From positions 7,026-71,025 of the forward strand of contig JADLAV010000031.1 of the NCBI GenBank assembly GCA_020848075.1: a stretch of 64,000 bases of DNA. The letters run 5' to 3'. The stretch comes from Burkholderiales bacterium. Its GTDB lineage: Bacteria > Pseudomonadota > Gammaproteobacteria > Burkholderiales > SG8-39. The translations under genes were made by a program, and so were the position numbers. The notes below the pieces were generated by a model. The model ran no database searches, was not told the origin of the DNA, and saw only the letters and a list, made by a program, of their open reading frames with translations. Within the stretch, counting starts at the first letter, position 1. Each line of letters begins with the position of its first letter. Below, one piece after another: positions 30,941 through 41,965 of this stretch.

Positions 30941-32710
30941 TCAGTACGTGCGCGCCTTCGGCGGGATCGGCTCCGCCGTGAGCGGCTTGAGGTTCACCGG
31001 CTTGTAGTCCATGCGATCGCCGTCGCGATACCACAGCGAGTGCTTCAGCCAGTTCGCGTCGTCGCGCCGATGGAAATCGGCGCGATCGTGCGCGCCGCGC
31101 GACTCCTTGCGCGCGTCCGCCGCGACCATGGTCGCGCGCGCGGCCTCGATCAGGTTCTCGAGCTCGAGCGCCTCGACGCGCGCGGTGTTGAACACCTTGC
31201 TCTTGTCGCGGATCTCGACGCGTCCCACGCGCTCCGCGACCTCCCTGATCATGTGCAGGCCCTCCGCCAGCATGTCCGGGAAGCGGAACACCCCGCAATG
31301 CGCCTGCATCGTGCGGCGCAGCGCGGCGCCGACCTCGTGGACGCTCTCGCCGTTCTTCTGCGCCTCGAGCCGCGCCAGCCGCGTGAGCGTGCGCTCCGCC
31401 GCGTCGGCGGGCAGATCCTTCTCGCCCGGATTCTCCTTCAGGAAGCGGATCACCGCATCGCCCGCAGCCTTGCCGAACACCACCAGGTCGGTCAACGAAT
31501 TCGTCCCGAGGCGGTTCGCCCCGTGCACCGAAGCACACGCGCATTCGCCCGCGGCATAGAAGCCGGGCACCACGGCGCTCGGATTGCCGCCCTGCGGGAC
31601 GATCACCTCGCCGTGATAATTCGTCGGGATGCCGCCCATCTGGTAGTGCGCGGTCGGCACCACCGGAATCGCATCCTTCACCGGATCGACGTTGGCGAAC
31701 TTGATGGAGATCTCGCGGATGCCCGGCAACCGCTTGTCGATCACCTCCGGCCCCAGGTGGTCGAGCTTGAGCAGCAGATAGTCCGCGCCGGGGCCGCAGC
31801 CGCGGCCCTCCTTGATCTCGGTTGCCATCGCTCGCGACACGACATCGCGGCTCGCCAGATCCTTGGCGTTCGGCGCATAGCGCTCCATGAACCGCTCGCC
31901 GCTCTTGTTGAGCAGCATCCCGCCCTCGCCGCGCACGCCCTCGGTGATCAGGATGCCCGCGCCATGGACCCCCGTCGGATGGAACTGGTAGAACTCCATG
32001 TCCTCGAGCGGGATGCCGGCGCGCGCGGCCATGCCCAGGCCGTCGCCCGTGTTGATGAAAGCGTTGGTGGAGGACTGGAACATGCGGCCCGATCCGCCGG
32101 TGGCGAACAGCGTCGCGCGCGCCTGCAGGATCGAGACCTCGCCCGTTTCCATCTCGAGCGCGGTGACGCCGAGCACCTGGCCGGAGGCGTCGCGGACGAG
32201 ATCGAGCGCGAGCCACTCGACGAAGAACTGCGTGTTCGCCCGCACGTTGCGCTGATAGAGCGTGTGGACCATCGCGTGGCCGGTGCGGTCCGCCGCGCAG
32301 CACGAGCGCTGCACCGCCGGGCCGGCGCCCATGTTCTGCATGTGCCCGCCGAAGGGGCGCTGGTACACCGTGCCGTTGTCGTTGCGATCGAACGGCATGC
32401 CGAAGTGCTCCAGCTCGATCACCACCTTCGGCGCCTCGCGGCACAAGAACTCGATCGAGTCCTGGTCGCCGAGCCAGTCGGAGCCCTTGATCGTGTCGTA
32501 CATGTGCCAGAGCCAGGAGTCCTCGCCCATGTTCCCGAGGGCGGCGCCGATGCCGCCCTGCGCCGCGACGGTGTGCGACCGCGTCGGGAACACCTTCGAC
32601 AGCACCGCGACGCGCAGACCGGCCTCGGACAGCTGCAGCGCGGCCCGCAGCCCCGCGCCGCCCGCGCCGACCACCACCGCATCGAACTTCCGGGTCGCGA
32701 GCGCCATCAC
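30941..32710 (-). CDS. sdhA: Succinate dehydrogenase flavoprotein subunit
   Basis: FDAVVVGAGGAGLRAA; the FAD-linkage His region (RSHTVAAQGG); FHPTG; 589 aa. Confidence 0.95.
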   Translation of the reverse strand: MMALATRKFDAVVVGAGGAGLRAALQLSEAGLRVAVLSKVFPTRSHTVAAQGGIGAALGNMGEDSWLWHMYDTIKGSDWLGDQDSIEFLCREAPKVVIELEHFGMPFDRNDNGTVYQRPFGGHMQNMGAGPAVQRSCCAADRTGHAMVHTLYQRNVRANTQFFVEWLALDLVRDASGQVLGVTALEMETGEVSILQARATLFATGGSGRMFQSSTNAFINTGDGLGMAARAGIPLEDMEFYQFHPTGVHGAGILITEGVRGEGGMLLNKSGERFMERYAPNAKDLASRDVVSRAMATEIKEGRGCGPGADYLLLKLDHLGPEVIDKRLPGIREISIKFANVDPVKDAIPVVPTAHYQMGGIPTNYHGEVIVPQGGNPSAVVPGFYAAGECACASVHGANRLGTNSLTDLVVFGKAAGDAVIRFLKENPGEKDLPADAAERTLTRLARLEAQKNGESVHEVGAALRRTMQAHCGVFRFPDMLAEGLHMIREVAERVGRVEIRDKSKVFNTARVEALELENLIEAARATMVAADARKESRGAHDRADFHRRDDANWLKHSLWYRDGDRMDYKPVNLKPLTAEPIPPKARTY

Positions 32711-33058
32711 TCAGTTCCTCCAGAGAATCTGCACCGCCCAGCCGGCGTATCCGACCAGCGCGAGGATGGCGAGCACCTCGAGCGAGAGCCGCAGCCACAC
32801 CGGCTTCACGTAGTCCATCAGGATGTCGCGCACGCCGATCCAGGCATGGTAGAAGAGGCTCGCGAAGAAGAGGAGCGAGGCGACCCGCATCCAGCCCTGC
32901 GCGAAGAACGCTTTCCACGCGGCATGGCCGGCCGGCGCAGCCGCCGCGAATGCGATCACGAAGACGACGGTGTACGCGGCCATGACCGCCGCCGTGATCC
33001 GCTGCGCGAGCCAGTCGCGGAAGCCGTAGTGCGCGCCGACGACGATCCGCTTCACCAT
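32711..33058 (-). CDS. sdhD: Succinate dehydrogenase membrane anchor subunit
   Basis: 115-aa hydrophobic protein with three predicted TM stretches. Position between sdhC and sdhA; abuts the sdhA start. Confidence 0.8.
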   Translation of the reverse strand: MVKRIVVGAHYGFRDWLAQRITAAVMAAYTVVFVIAFAAAAPAGHAAWKAFFAQGWMRVASLLFFASLFYHAWIGVRDILMDYVKPVWLRLSLEVLAILALVGYAGWAVQILWRN

Positions 33059-33080
33059 GTCCGCTTTACCGCTCCCGTAT

Positions 33081-33476
33081 TCACCGCCACCAGATCCAGC
33101 CTCCGACCAGAGCGGTAAGCGCGATGCTCACCGCAAGCACCGCCCAGCTCGACGCGCGGGCACGGGCGAGATCCACGCCCAGGTCCGCATCCAGGAAGAG
33201 ATACCGGATGCCCGCGCAGAAGTGGTGCAGGAACCCCCATGCCAACCCGGTGAGCACGAGCTTCGCGAAGGGCTGCGCCGCGACCGCGCGCATCGCATCG
33301 AACTTTCCCTCGGACGCGAGGCTCGCGTCGAGCAGCCAGAGCAGCCAGAACGCCGAGACGAACAGCGCTGCACCGCTGATGCGGTGCAATATCGATACGA
33401 ATCCGGGCAGCGGGAGCCGGATCCGGACCACATCCAGATACACGGGGCGCTTTCTTTTCGCTGCAAATTCAGCCAT
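33081..33476 (-). CDS. sdhC: Succinate dehydrogenase cytochrome b556 subunit
   Basis: 131 aa, ..RPVYLDVVRIRLPLPGFVSILHRISGAALF.. (SdhC heme-ligand His region). First gene of the sdh cluster. Confidence 0.85.
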   Translation of the reverse strand: MAEFAAKRKRPVYLDVVRIRLPLPGFVSILHRISGAALFVSAFWLLWLLDASLASEGKFDAMRAVAAQPFAKLVLTGLAWGFLHHFCAGIRYLFLDADLGVDLARARASSWAVLAVSIALTALVGGWIWWR

Positions 33477-33536
33477 CTGCGTTCAGATTCTCGCTGCTCA
33501 TCCGCCCGCTTCGCCCGTTTGCACGAAGCGCGCGCG

Positions 33537-33545
33537 ATTATATCA
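33537..33545 (-). promoter_or_regulatory. Extended -10 element (TGATATAAT) of a putative sdhCDAB promoter
   Basis: Minus strand reads ..ggaaaaattccgttaatggctTGaTATAATcgcg.., about 60 nt upstream of the sdhC ATG. This is a perfect TGnTATAAT; the -35 is weak. Confidence 0.5.
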
Positions 33546-33652
33546 AGCCATTAACGGAATTTTTCCTACCGCCGTGCGCGGCGGCGAGTTGCGGCTCGAA
33601 GATACGTGCCCGATCCGCATCCCGAATGCCCGTCCGAGCGATGGGGTCGCAG

Positions 33653-34381
33653 TCATGAGAGCACGTTGCGGTAGTAATGCTGGTCGGTTCGATAGAGGCC
33701 ACGGCGCCACTCGACCGGACGGTCGCCGTAAGTGAAGGCGACGCGCTCGACGCTGAGGAGCGGCGTCCCCGCGGGAACCCCGAGCCTCGTCGCGGCGCTC
33801 GCGTCCGCTGCCGCCGCGCGGAGCTTCTCGTCGGCGCGGATCATGCGTGTCCCGAACTCCGTCTCGTAGAGATGGTAGATGGACCCCGGGTGCTCGGCGA
33901 GCCGATCCGCGGTGAGCCCCTTGAAGATCGTGCCCGGCAGAACGATGTCCTCGAGCACCGTCGGCCGTCCGCCGAACAGCAGCACGCGCCGAATGCCGAT
34001 GATCGCGTCGCCCGGCCGCAGATCGAGGATGCGCGCGGCCTCGACGCTCGCGCGGCCGCGGCGGCACTCGAAGGCGCGGCTCTCGTAGGGGCCCGGCTCG
34101 CCCTCGTCCGGCGCGAGCCGCAGAAAGCGGAACTCCTCGCGCGGCTCGCTGTGCGTGGCGACGTACGTGCCCCGCCCCTGCCGGCGCACCAGCAGGTTCT
34201 CGCCGGCAAGCTCGTCGATTGCCTTGCGCACGGTCCCCTGGCTGACGCGGTAACGCGCGGCGAGCTCGAGCTCGCTCGGGATCGCCTCGCCCGGCTTCCA
34301 CTCACCGCCCTCGAGGCTGCGCAGCACGAGATCCTTGATCTGGCGGTAGAGCGGCAAGAAGGTCGGAGCCACCGCGTTCAT
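33653..34381 (-). CDS. GntR-family transcriptional regulator (HutC subfamily, UTRA effector domain)
   Basis: N-terminal winged HTH (PSELELAARYRVSQGTVRKAIDELAGENLLVRRQGRGTYV) and a C-terminal UTRA-like domain. Position between sdhC and the divergent mdh. Confidence 0.85.
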   Translation of the reverse strand: MNAVAPTFLPLYRQIKDLVLRSLEGGEWKPGEAIPSELELAARYRVSQGTVRKAIDELAGENLLVRRQGRGTYVATHSEPREEFRFLRLAPDEGEPGPYESRAFECRRGRASVEAARILDLRPGDAIIGIRRVLLFGGRPTVLEDIVLPGTIFKGLTADRLAEHPGSIYHLYETEFGTRMIRADEKLRAAAADASAATRLGVPAGTPLLSVERVAFTYGDRPVEWRRGLYRTDQHYYRNVLS

Positions 34382-34414
34382 GAAAATATTTCAGCACACA
34401 CCGTGGAGCATGTC

Positions 34415-34430
34415 TATAAGAAATCTTATA
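34415..34430. promoter_or_regulatory. 7-N2-7 inverted repeat TATAAGAaaTCTTATA (flanked by TGTC../..GACA), candidate operator of the adjacent GntR regulator
   Basis: Read directly at 34411-34437: TGTCTATAAGAAATCTTATATCAGACA. It is AT-rich in a GC-rich genome, 30 nt upstream of the gntR start and just upstream of the mdh -35. The assignment to the GntR protein is inference. Confidence 0.45.
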
Positions 34431-34447
34431 TCAGACACAGGACGTCG

Positions 34448-34477
34448 TTGACAGGACGTGTTGGCGGTGTCTACACT
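34448..34477 (+). promoter_or_regulatory. Sigma70-type promoter for mdh (TTGACA - 18 nt - TACACT)
   Basis: TTGACA at 34448-34453, TACACT at 34472-34477. This implies an mdh leader of roughly 180 nt. Confidence 0.5.
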
Positions 34478-34567
34478 TTTTCCGATTTGCGCCGAAGCAG
34501 CGGTGCGAGAGAATGAGCCGTTTCGAGCCGCGGTCGCTTGGTTCGCAGAGCTTTGCCACCCGCTTCG

Positions 34568-34636
34568 CCATTCGCCTCTCCCATTCCGCCTCTACCATTC
34601 CACCTCTGCCATCCCGCCTCTGCCATTCCATCCCAT
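34568..34636 (+). repeat. Five tandem copies of a 14-nt CU-rich unit (consensus CCATTCCGCCTCTG) in the mdh 5' leader
   Basis: Units: ccattcgcctctc, ccattccgcctcta, ccattccacctctg, ccatcccgcctctg, ccattccatcccat. They end 11 nt before the palindromic CTCCTAGGAG that contains the SD (34644-34653). Confidence 0.9.
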
Positions 34637-34662
34637 ATCCCAACTCCTAGGAGCGCATCGCC

Positions 34663-35646
34663 ATGTCCAAGTCCCCCGTCCGGGTCGCCGTCACCGGGGC
34701 CGCCGGCCAAATCGGCTACAGCCTGCTTTTTCGCATCGCGAGCGGCGAAATGCTCGGCAAGGAGCAGCCGGTCGTGCTGCAGCTCCTCGAGATTCCGCAG
34801 GCGCTCGGCGCGCTGGCCGGCGTGGTGATGGAGCTCGAGGACTGCGCGTTCCCGCTGCTTGCGGGCGGGGTGACGAGCGACGACCCGAAGGTCGCGTTCC
34901 GCGACGCGGACTACGCGCTCCTCGTCGGCGCTCGGCCCCGCAGCAAGGGCATGGAGCGCAAGGATCTCCTCGAGGCCAACGCGGCGATCTTCACCGTCCA
35001 GGGCAAGGCCCTCGACGCGGTCGCCAGGCGGACGGTGAAAGTGCTGGTGGTGGGCAATCCCGCCAACACCAACGCGCTGATCGCGATGCGGAGCGCACCC
35101 GGTCTCGATCCGCGCAATTTCACCGGCATGATGCGCCTCGACCACAACCGGGCGGTGTCGCAGGTCGCCTCGAAGATCGGCAAACCGGTCGATCAGATCG
35201 AGCAGATGATCGTGTGGGGCAACCACTCCCCCACGATGTACCCGGACTACCGCTTTGCCACGGCCGGCGGCCAGTCGGTGAAGGCGCTGATCAACGACGA
35301 CTCCTGGAACCGGGACACCTTCATACCCAAGGTCGGCAAGCGCGGTGCCGCGATCATCGAGGCGCGCGGCGCCTCGTCGGCGGCGTCCGCAGCGAACGCC
35401 GCAATCGGCCACATGCGCGACTGGGCACTCGGAACCGGGGGCAAGTGGGTCACCATGGGCATCCGGTCCGACGGATCCTACGGCATCGCCGAAGGCGTCA
35501 TCTACGGCTTCCCGGTGACCTGCAGCGGCGGGAACTATCGGATCGTCCAGGGGCTGGACATCGACGCGTTCAGCCGCGAGCGGATGGACAACACCCTGAA
35601 GGAGATTCTCGAGGAGCGCGACGGGGTGAAGCACCTGCTCGCATAG
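34663..35646 (+). CDS. mdh: Malate dehydrogenase (NAD-dependent, LDH-like MDH clade)
   Basis: [32 protein letters not shown].., [31 protein letters not shown]. 327 aa. Confidence 0.95.
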   Translation: MSKSPVRVAVTGAAGQIGYSLLFRIASGEMLGKEQPVVLQLLEIPQALGALAGVVMELEDCAFPLLAGGVTSDDPKVAFRDADYALLVGARPRSKGMERKDLLEANAAIFTVQGKALDAVARRTVKVLVVGNPANTNALIAMRSAPGLDPRNFTGMMRLDHNRAVSQVASKIGKPVDQIEQMIVWGNHSPTMYPDYRFATAGGQSVKALINDDSWNRDTFIPKVGKRGAAIIEARGASSAASAANAAIGHMRDWALGTGGKWVTMGIRSDGSYGIAEGVIYGFPVTCSGGNYRIVQGLDIDAFSRERMDNTLKEILEERDGVKHLLA

Positions 35647-35719
35647 ATCGCACATCGGGGGCGGCGGGGCAGCCGCAGCGCCCCGCGCGCTGCCGGTCCC
35701 CCCTCACTTCCCACGTTCG

Positions 35720-36706
35720 ATGCCCCTCCATCCCGGCGAAGCTCTCTTCAAGGGCGAGAAGCGGTTTCCGGTCATCCCCGCCTGCGAGCACTACGCAGGG
35801 GCCGAGAAGCTGATTGCAAAGGCGTTCGAGCTGCAGGCGAGACTCGGGCCGATCTTCGATCTCACGTGCGACTGCGAGGACGGCGCGCCGGCGGGGCGCG
35901 AAACCGAGCACGCCGAGATGATCGTGCGGGCGGTGAACGGCTCCGCCAACCGCCATCGCCGGGCCGGCGCACGCATCCACGACTACAGCCACCCCCACTG
36001 GCGCCGCGACGTCGAGGTGCTCGTAGGCGGCGCCGGCGAGGCGCTTGCCTACGTGACGATCCCGAAGGCGATCGCAGCGGCGCAGGTTGCCGAGACGATC
36101 ATCCACATCCAGCAGGTCGCGGCTCACCACGGCGTGCGCCGCGAGATCCCCGTGCACGTCCTGGTGGAGACGCACGGGGCGCTCCGCGAAGCGTACGAGA
36201 TCGCTGCCCTGCCCTGGGTGCAGACGCTAGATTTCGGCCTGCTCGACTTCGTGTCTGCCCATCACGGCGCGATTCCGGCCGCGGCCATGCGCTCGCCGGG
36301 CCAATTCGACCATCACCTGCTGGTGCGCGCCAAGACCGAGCTCGTGTCGGCCGCGCTGGCGCACGGCGTCGTGCCGGCGCACAACGTCACGCTCGACCTG
36401 AAGGATACGGACCGGATCTACCAGGATGCGCGGCGGGCCCGGCTCGAGTTCGGATTCCTGCGCATGTACTCGATCCACCCCGCGCAGATCGAGCCGATCG
36501 TCGACGCGATGAAGCCGGACCACTCGGAGGTCGAGGTGGCGGCTGCGATCCTCCTCGCGGCGCAACAGGCCGACTGGGGGCCCATCCAGCACGCCGGAGA
36601 ACTCCACGACCGGGCGAGCTACCGCTACTACTGGGAGGTGCTGCAGAACGCACGCCGCACCGGCGTCGCCCTGACCGAAGCCGTCGACCGGGCGTTTTTC
36701 GCCTGA
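35720..36706 (+). CDS. HpcH/HpaI aldolase / citrate lyase beta-subunit (CitE)-like family protein
   Basis: 328 aa with ..FDLTCDCEDGAP.. and ..IPVHVLVETHGAL.. (the Glu/Asp metal-ligand layout of CitE / malyl-CoA lyase-like enzymes). It lies between mdh and acnA, an arrangement I recall from Burkholderiales. Exact reaction unknown. Confidence 0.7.
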   Translation: MPLHPGEALFKGEKRFPVIPACEHYAGAEKLIAKAFELQARLGPIFDLTCDCEDGAPAGRETEHAEMIVRAVNGSANRHRRAGARIHDYSHPHWRRDVEVLVGGAGEALAYVTIPKAIAAAQVAETIIHIQQVAAHHGVRREIPVHVLVETHGALREAYEIAALPWVQTLDFGLLDFVSAHHGAIPAAAMRSPGQFDHHLLVRAKTELVSAALAHGVVPAHNVTLDLKDTDRIYQDARRARLEFGFLRMYSIHPAQIEPIVDAMKPDHSEVEVAAAILLAAQQADWGPIQHAGELHDRASYRYYWEVLQNARRTGVALTEAVDRAFFA

Positions 36707-36802
36707 AGCGGCCTCCGGCCGCATGACACAGCACAGGCATCGAGCGCGGTACACTGTCGGCGTTGCCGCCGTGTGCGGCGCCCGAGCGAGGGAGAACCAG
36801 CG

Positions 36803-37192
36803 ATGAAGGGACGCGCAGCGTTGATGGCGGCCGTGTTGGCCGCCGTTGCAGCTCCGGCATACGCGCAGGACGCCGTGCAGTTCATGGTCGGTGCCTGGGA
36901 GTGCCGGCTGCCGGACCAGGCGGGATCCAGGACCCCCCCCATCCTGTACATCGGGGCCGCCAAGAGCGGCGGCGAAGTGCGTAGCGACCTGGTCGAGGTC
37001 GACGGGTTTGCCCGGGCGGTGTCGGGCATGGCAAGGGTCGGGACCGCCGACGGGGGATGGACCCAGGTGACGCCCGATGCGGGTCCGCCGTTCTATGTGC
37101 GTCCCGAGGCCGGCCGCGCCGCGATGGACGTGAAGCGCAGCGCGGATGGCGCCGCGTACCGCTGTCTGCGGCTGCCGTACCCGAAGAGTTGA
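36803..37192 (+). CDS. Small secreted hypothetical protein
   Basis: MKGRAALMAAVLAAVAAPAYA/QD is a signal peptide; SD GAGGGAGA lies upstream of ATG 36803. Two Cys in the mature part. No family recognised. Confidence 0.55.
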   Translation: MKGRAALMAAVLAAVAAPAYAQDAVQFMVGAWECRLPDQAGSRTPPILYIGAAKSGGEVRSDLVEVDGFARAVSGMARVGTADGGWTQVTPDAGPPFYVRPEAGRAAMDVKRSADGAAYRCLRLPYPKS

Positions 37193-37277
37193 GGTGCGCG
37201 CCCGGCGGGCGGCGCGGAGTCCCGCTAGAATGCGACGCGTGCCCGCCTGACGGCGCGGGCGTTCGCGGAGTTCCTGC

Positions 37278-37829
37278 TTGAAAGGCCAGCTCGTCCGGTC
37301 ACTGCGCGTCGCGCTGTGCGCGCTCGCCCTCGGCCTCGCCGCCGGTGCGGCCCAGGCGCGCGATCCGATCGACCATTTCTTCCAGCCGTTTCTCGGCGAC
37401 CTGAAGGCCGAGCTCGCGGAGGCGCAGGCGGCGGGGAAGAAGGGCGTCATGATCATGTACCACTTCGAGGGCTGTCCGGCCTGCGAGTGGATGAAGGCCA
37501 ACATCCTTTCGCGCGAGGATGTGCAGGCGTTCTACCGTGCGCGGTTCCAACTGCTCGCGATCGATACGCTCGGTGCGCTTCCCATCACCGATTTCACGGG
37601 CAGGGAATGGACGGAGAAGGCGTTCGCCCGATCGATCCCGATTGTCGGCACGCCGACGTTCGTCTTCTACGGCCTCGACGGCGAGCCGCTCGCGCGGCAC
37701 GTTGGCAAAGTCGCGGATCCGGCCGAATTCATGCTGCTCGGCGAATTCGTCGCGAGCGGCGCGCATCGCCGGCAGTCCTTTGCCGAGTACAAGTCGCGCA
37801 ATCAGCGGCAAACCAGGAAGGGAATCTAG
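37278..37829 (+). CDS. Periplasmic thioredoxin-fold protein (CxxC)
   Basis: Signal peptide (..[13 protein letters not shown]), CPAC active-site motif in ..[16 protein letters not shown].., and later ..GTPTFVFYG.. (cis-Pro loop region). TTG start. Confidence 0.7.
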   Translation: MKGQLVRSLRVALCALALGLAAGAAQARDPIDHFFQPFLGDLKAELAEAQAAGKKGVMIMYHFEGCPACEWMKANILSREDVQAFYRARFQLLAIDTLGALPITDFTGREWTEKAFARSIPIVGTPTFVFYGLDGEPLARHVGKVADPAEFMLLGEFVASGAHRRQSFAEYKSRNQRQTRKGI

Positions 37830-37831
37830 CA

Positions 37832-40678
<2,847 letters not shown>

Positions 40679-40833
40679 GCGAGACGCCCGATGTCGGCGG
40701 CCGTGAGCACGTCGGCGAACCGGTCGGCGAGCGCGGTGAGGCTCGCGCGATGGATCTCGGCGTGCGGCACCGGAGCGCCCACGCCGCGGTCCGGCAGATC
40801 GCGTGTCGCGCCAGCCTTCATCGCTTGTCCGCG

Positions 40834-41319
40834 TCAGTGATGATGGCCATCGGCGCCGTGCACGTGGCCATGGGCGATCTCCTCCTTCGTCGCCGGCCGC
40901 ACGGACGCCACCGTCGCGCGGAAATCGAGCGCGCGCCCCGCGAGCGGATGGTTGCCGTCGATGGTGACGCTGTCCCCGGACACCCGTACCACCTGGAAGA
41001 CCACGGGCTCGGCGTGATCGCCGTGTTTCATCTCCGCCTCGAAGTACGTCCCGACTTCGACCTTCTCCGGAAAGCGTGACCGCGGCTCCTCCCGCACCAG
41101 CGCGTCATCGCGCGGGCCGAAGGCGTCCTCGGGCGCAAGCTGGACCTGCACCGTGTCACCCTCCTCCTTGCCGGCGAGCTCCTCCTCCACGCGCGGGAAG
41201 ATCCCGGCGTGGCCGCCGTGCAGGTACACGAGCGGCGCCTTGCCGCGCTCGATCCGCTCGCCCTGGTCGTCGAAGAGCTCATACTGAAGCGCGACGACCG
41301 CGTTCTTGATGATCTTCAT
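40834..41319 (-). CDS. slyD: FKBP-type peptidyl-prolyl cis-trans isomerase SlyD with His-rich tail
   Basis: MKIIKNAVVALQYELFDDQGE.., IF-domain insert, ..HPLAGRALDFRATV.., C-terminal HGHVHGADGHHH. Track ORF trimmed to ATG 41319. Confidence 0.85.
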   Translation of the reverse strand: MKIIKNAVVALQYELFDDQGERIERGKAPLVYLHGGHAGIFPRVEEELAGKEEGDTVQVQLAPEDAFGPRDDALVREEPRSRFPEKVEVGTYFEAEMKHGDHAEPVVFQVVRVSGDSVTIDGNHPLAGRALDFRATVASVRPATKEEIAHGHVHGADGHHH

Positions 41320-41384
41320 GCAATGCGCCCTCCGGAACGTGCGCCGCTTCGACCGCGGTCCGAGCCGCAAAGCTGCTGGCCCGC

Positions 41385-41413
41385 TTGGTGGCAAGAGCGC
41401 GTGCATGGATAAT
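41385..41413 (+). promoter_or_regulatory. Putative sigma70 promoter (TTGGTG - 17 nt - GATAAT) for the lipoprotein gene
   Basis: Hexamers read at 41385-41390 and 41408-41413, about 30 nt upstream of ATG 41444. Confidence 0.35.
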
Positions 41414-41443
41414 ACCCGCAACGAGGCGACCGGAGGTCGAGCC

Positions 41444-41929
41444 ATGGGCGTTTTGCGCAAGATCGCCGCGGCGTTGGGCGTCGCCGCCTCGATCGTCGGG
41501 TGCGACCTCGGCATCCACGATCTCAAGCCCGGCGTCTCCACCGCGCAGGAGGTGCGCAGCGTGCTGGGCGAACCTTCGTTCGAATGGCGCGAGGGCGACG
41601 GCAGCGTCGTCTGGGAATTCGCCGAATGGCGCGCGGGGCTGGTGACCTACATGGCGGAGATCGGCGCCGACGGCATCCTGAGGGCGCTCCGCCAGGTTCT
41701 CGCCGAGGAGTACTTCGCCGAGGTGCGTCCGGGGATGATCCAGGCCGAGATCCGGCGGCTCATCGGCAAGCCCGCAGAGCAGATGTCGTTTCCGGCCCGA
41801 AGCGAGGAAGTCTGGACGTGGCGTTACGGTCCGGTCATGCCCCAGGGCATCAACGAGTTCCACGTCCATTTCGACCGGTCCGGTCACGTCGTGACGACGA
41901 GCCGGTCGCGGACGGCGGAGCCGCAGTGA
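41444..41929 (+). CDS. Lipoprotein, SmpA/OmlA (BamE-like) domain suspected
   Basis: MGVLRKIAAALGVAASIVG/C lipobox. Two repeats of a ..G.S..EV...LG.P.. type motif (VSTAQEVRSVLGEPS; MIQAEIRRLIGKPA), as in BamE-fold lipoproteins. Confidence 0.6.
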   Translation: MGVLRKIAAALGVAASIVGCDLGIHDLKPGVSTAQEVRSVLGEPSFEWREGDGSVVWEFAEWRAGLVTYMAEIGADGILRALRQVLAEEYFAEVRPGMIQAEIRRLIGKPAEQMSFPARSEEVWTWRYGPVMPQGINEFHVHFDRSGHVVTTSRSRTAEPQ

Positions 41930-41965
41930 CGGCGCGACGCCGGTGAGGGCGCCGCCACGCCCCTC

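Noticed and set aside
34431-34643. 70-aa minus-strand ORF across the mdh leader
   Set aside because: Its sequence (..EWQRRDGRGGMVEAEWERRMA..) is simply the translation of the tandem DNA repeat. It has no SD and lies antisense to a promoter-proximal leader.
35647-35719. Possible terminator after mdh (GGGGC...GCCCC); likewise weak hairpins after the citE-like gene (36708-36722) and after acs (14820-14860)
   Set aside because: Short stems with no following T-run, and downstream genes are co-directional, so read-through is equally plausible. Not reported as features.
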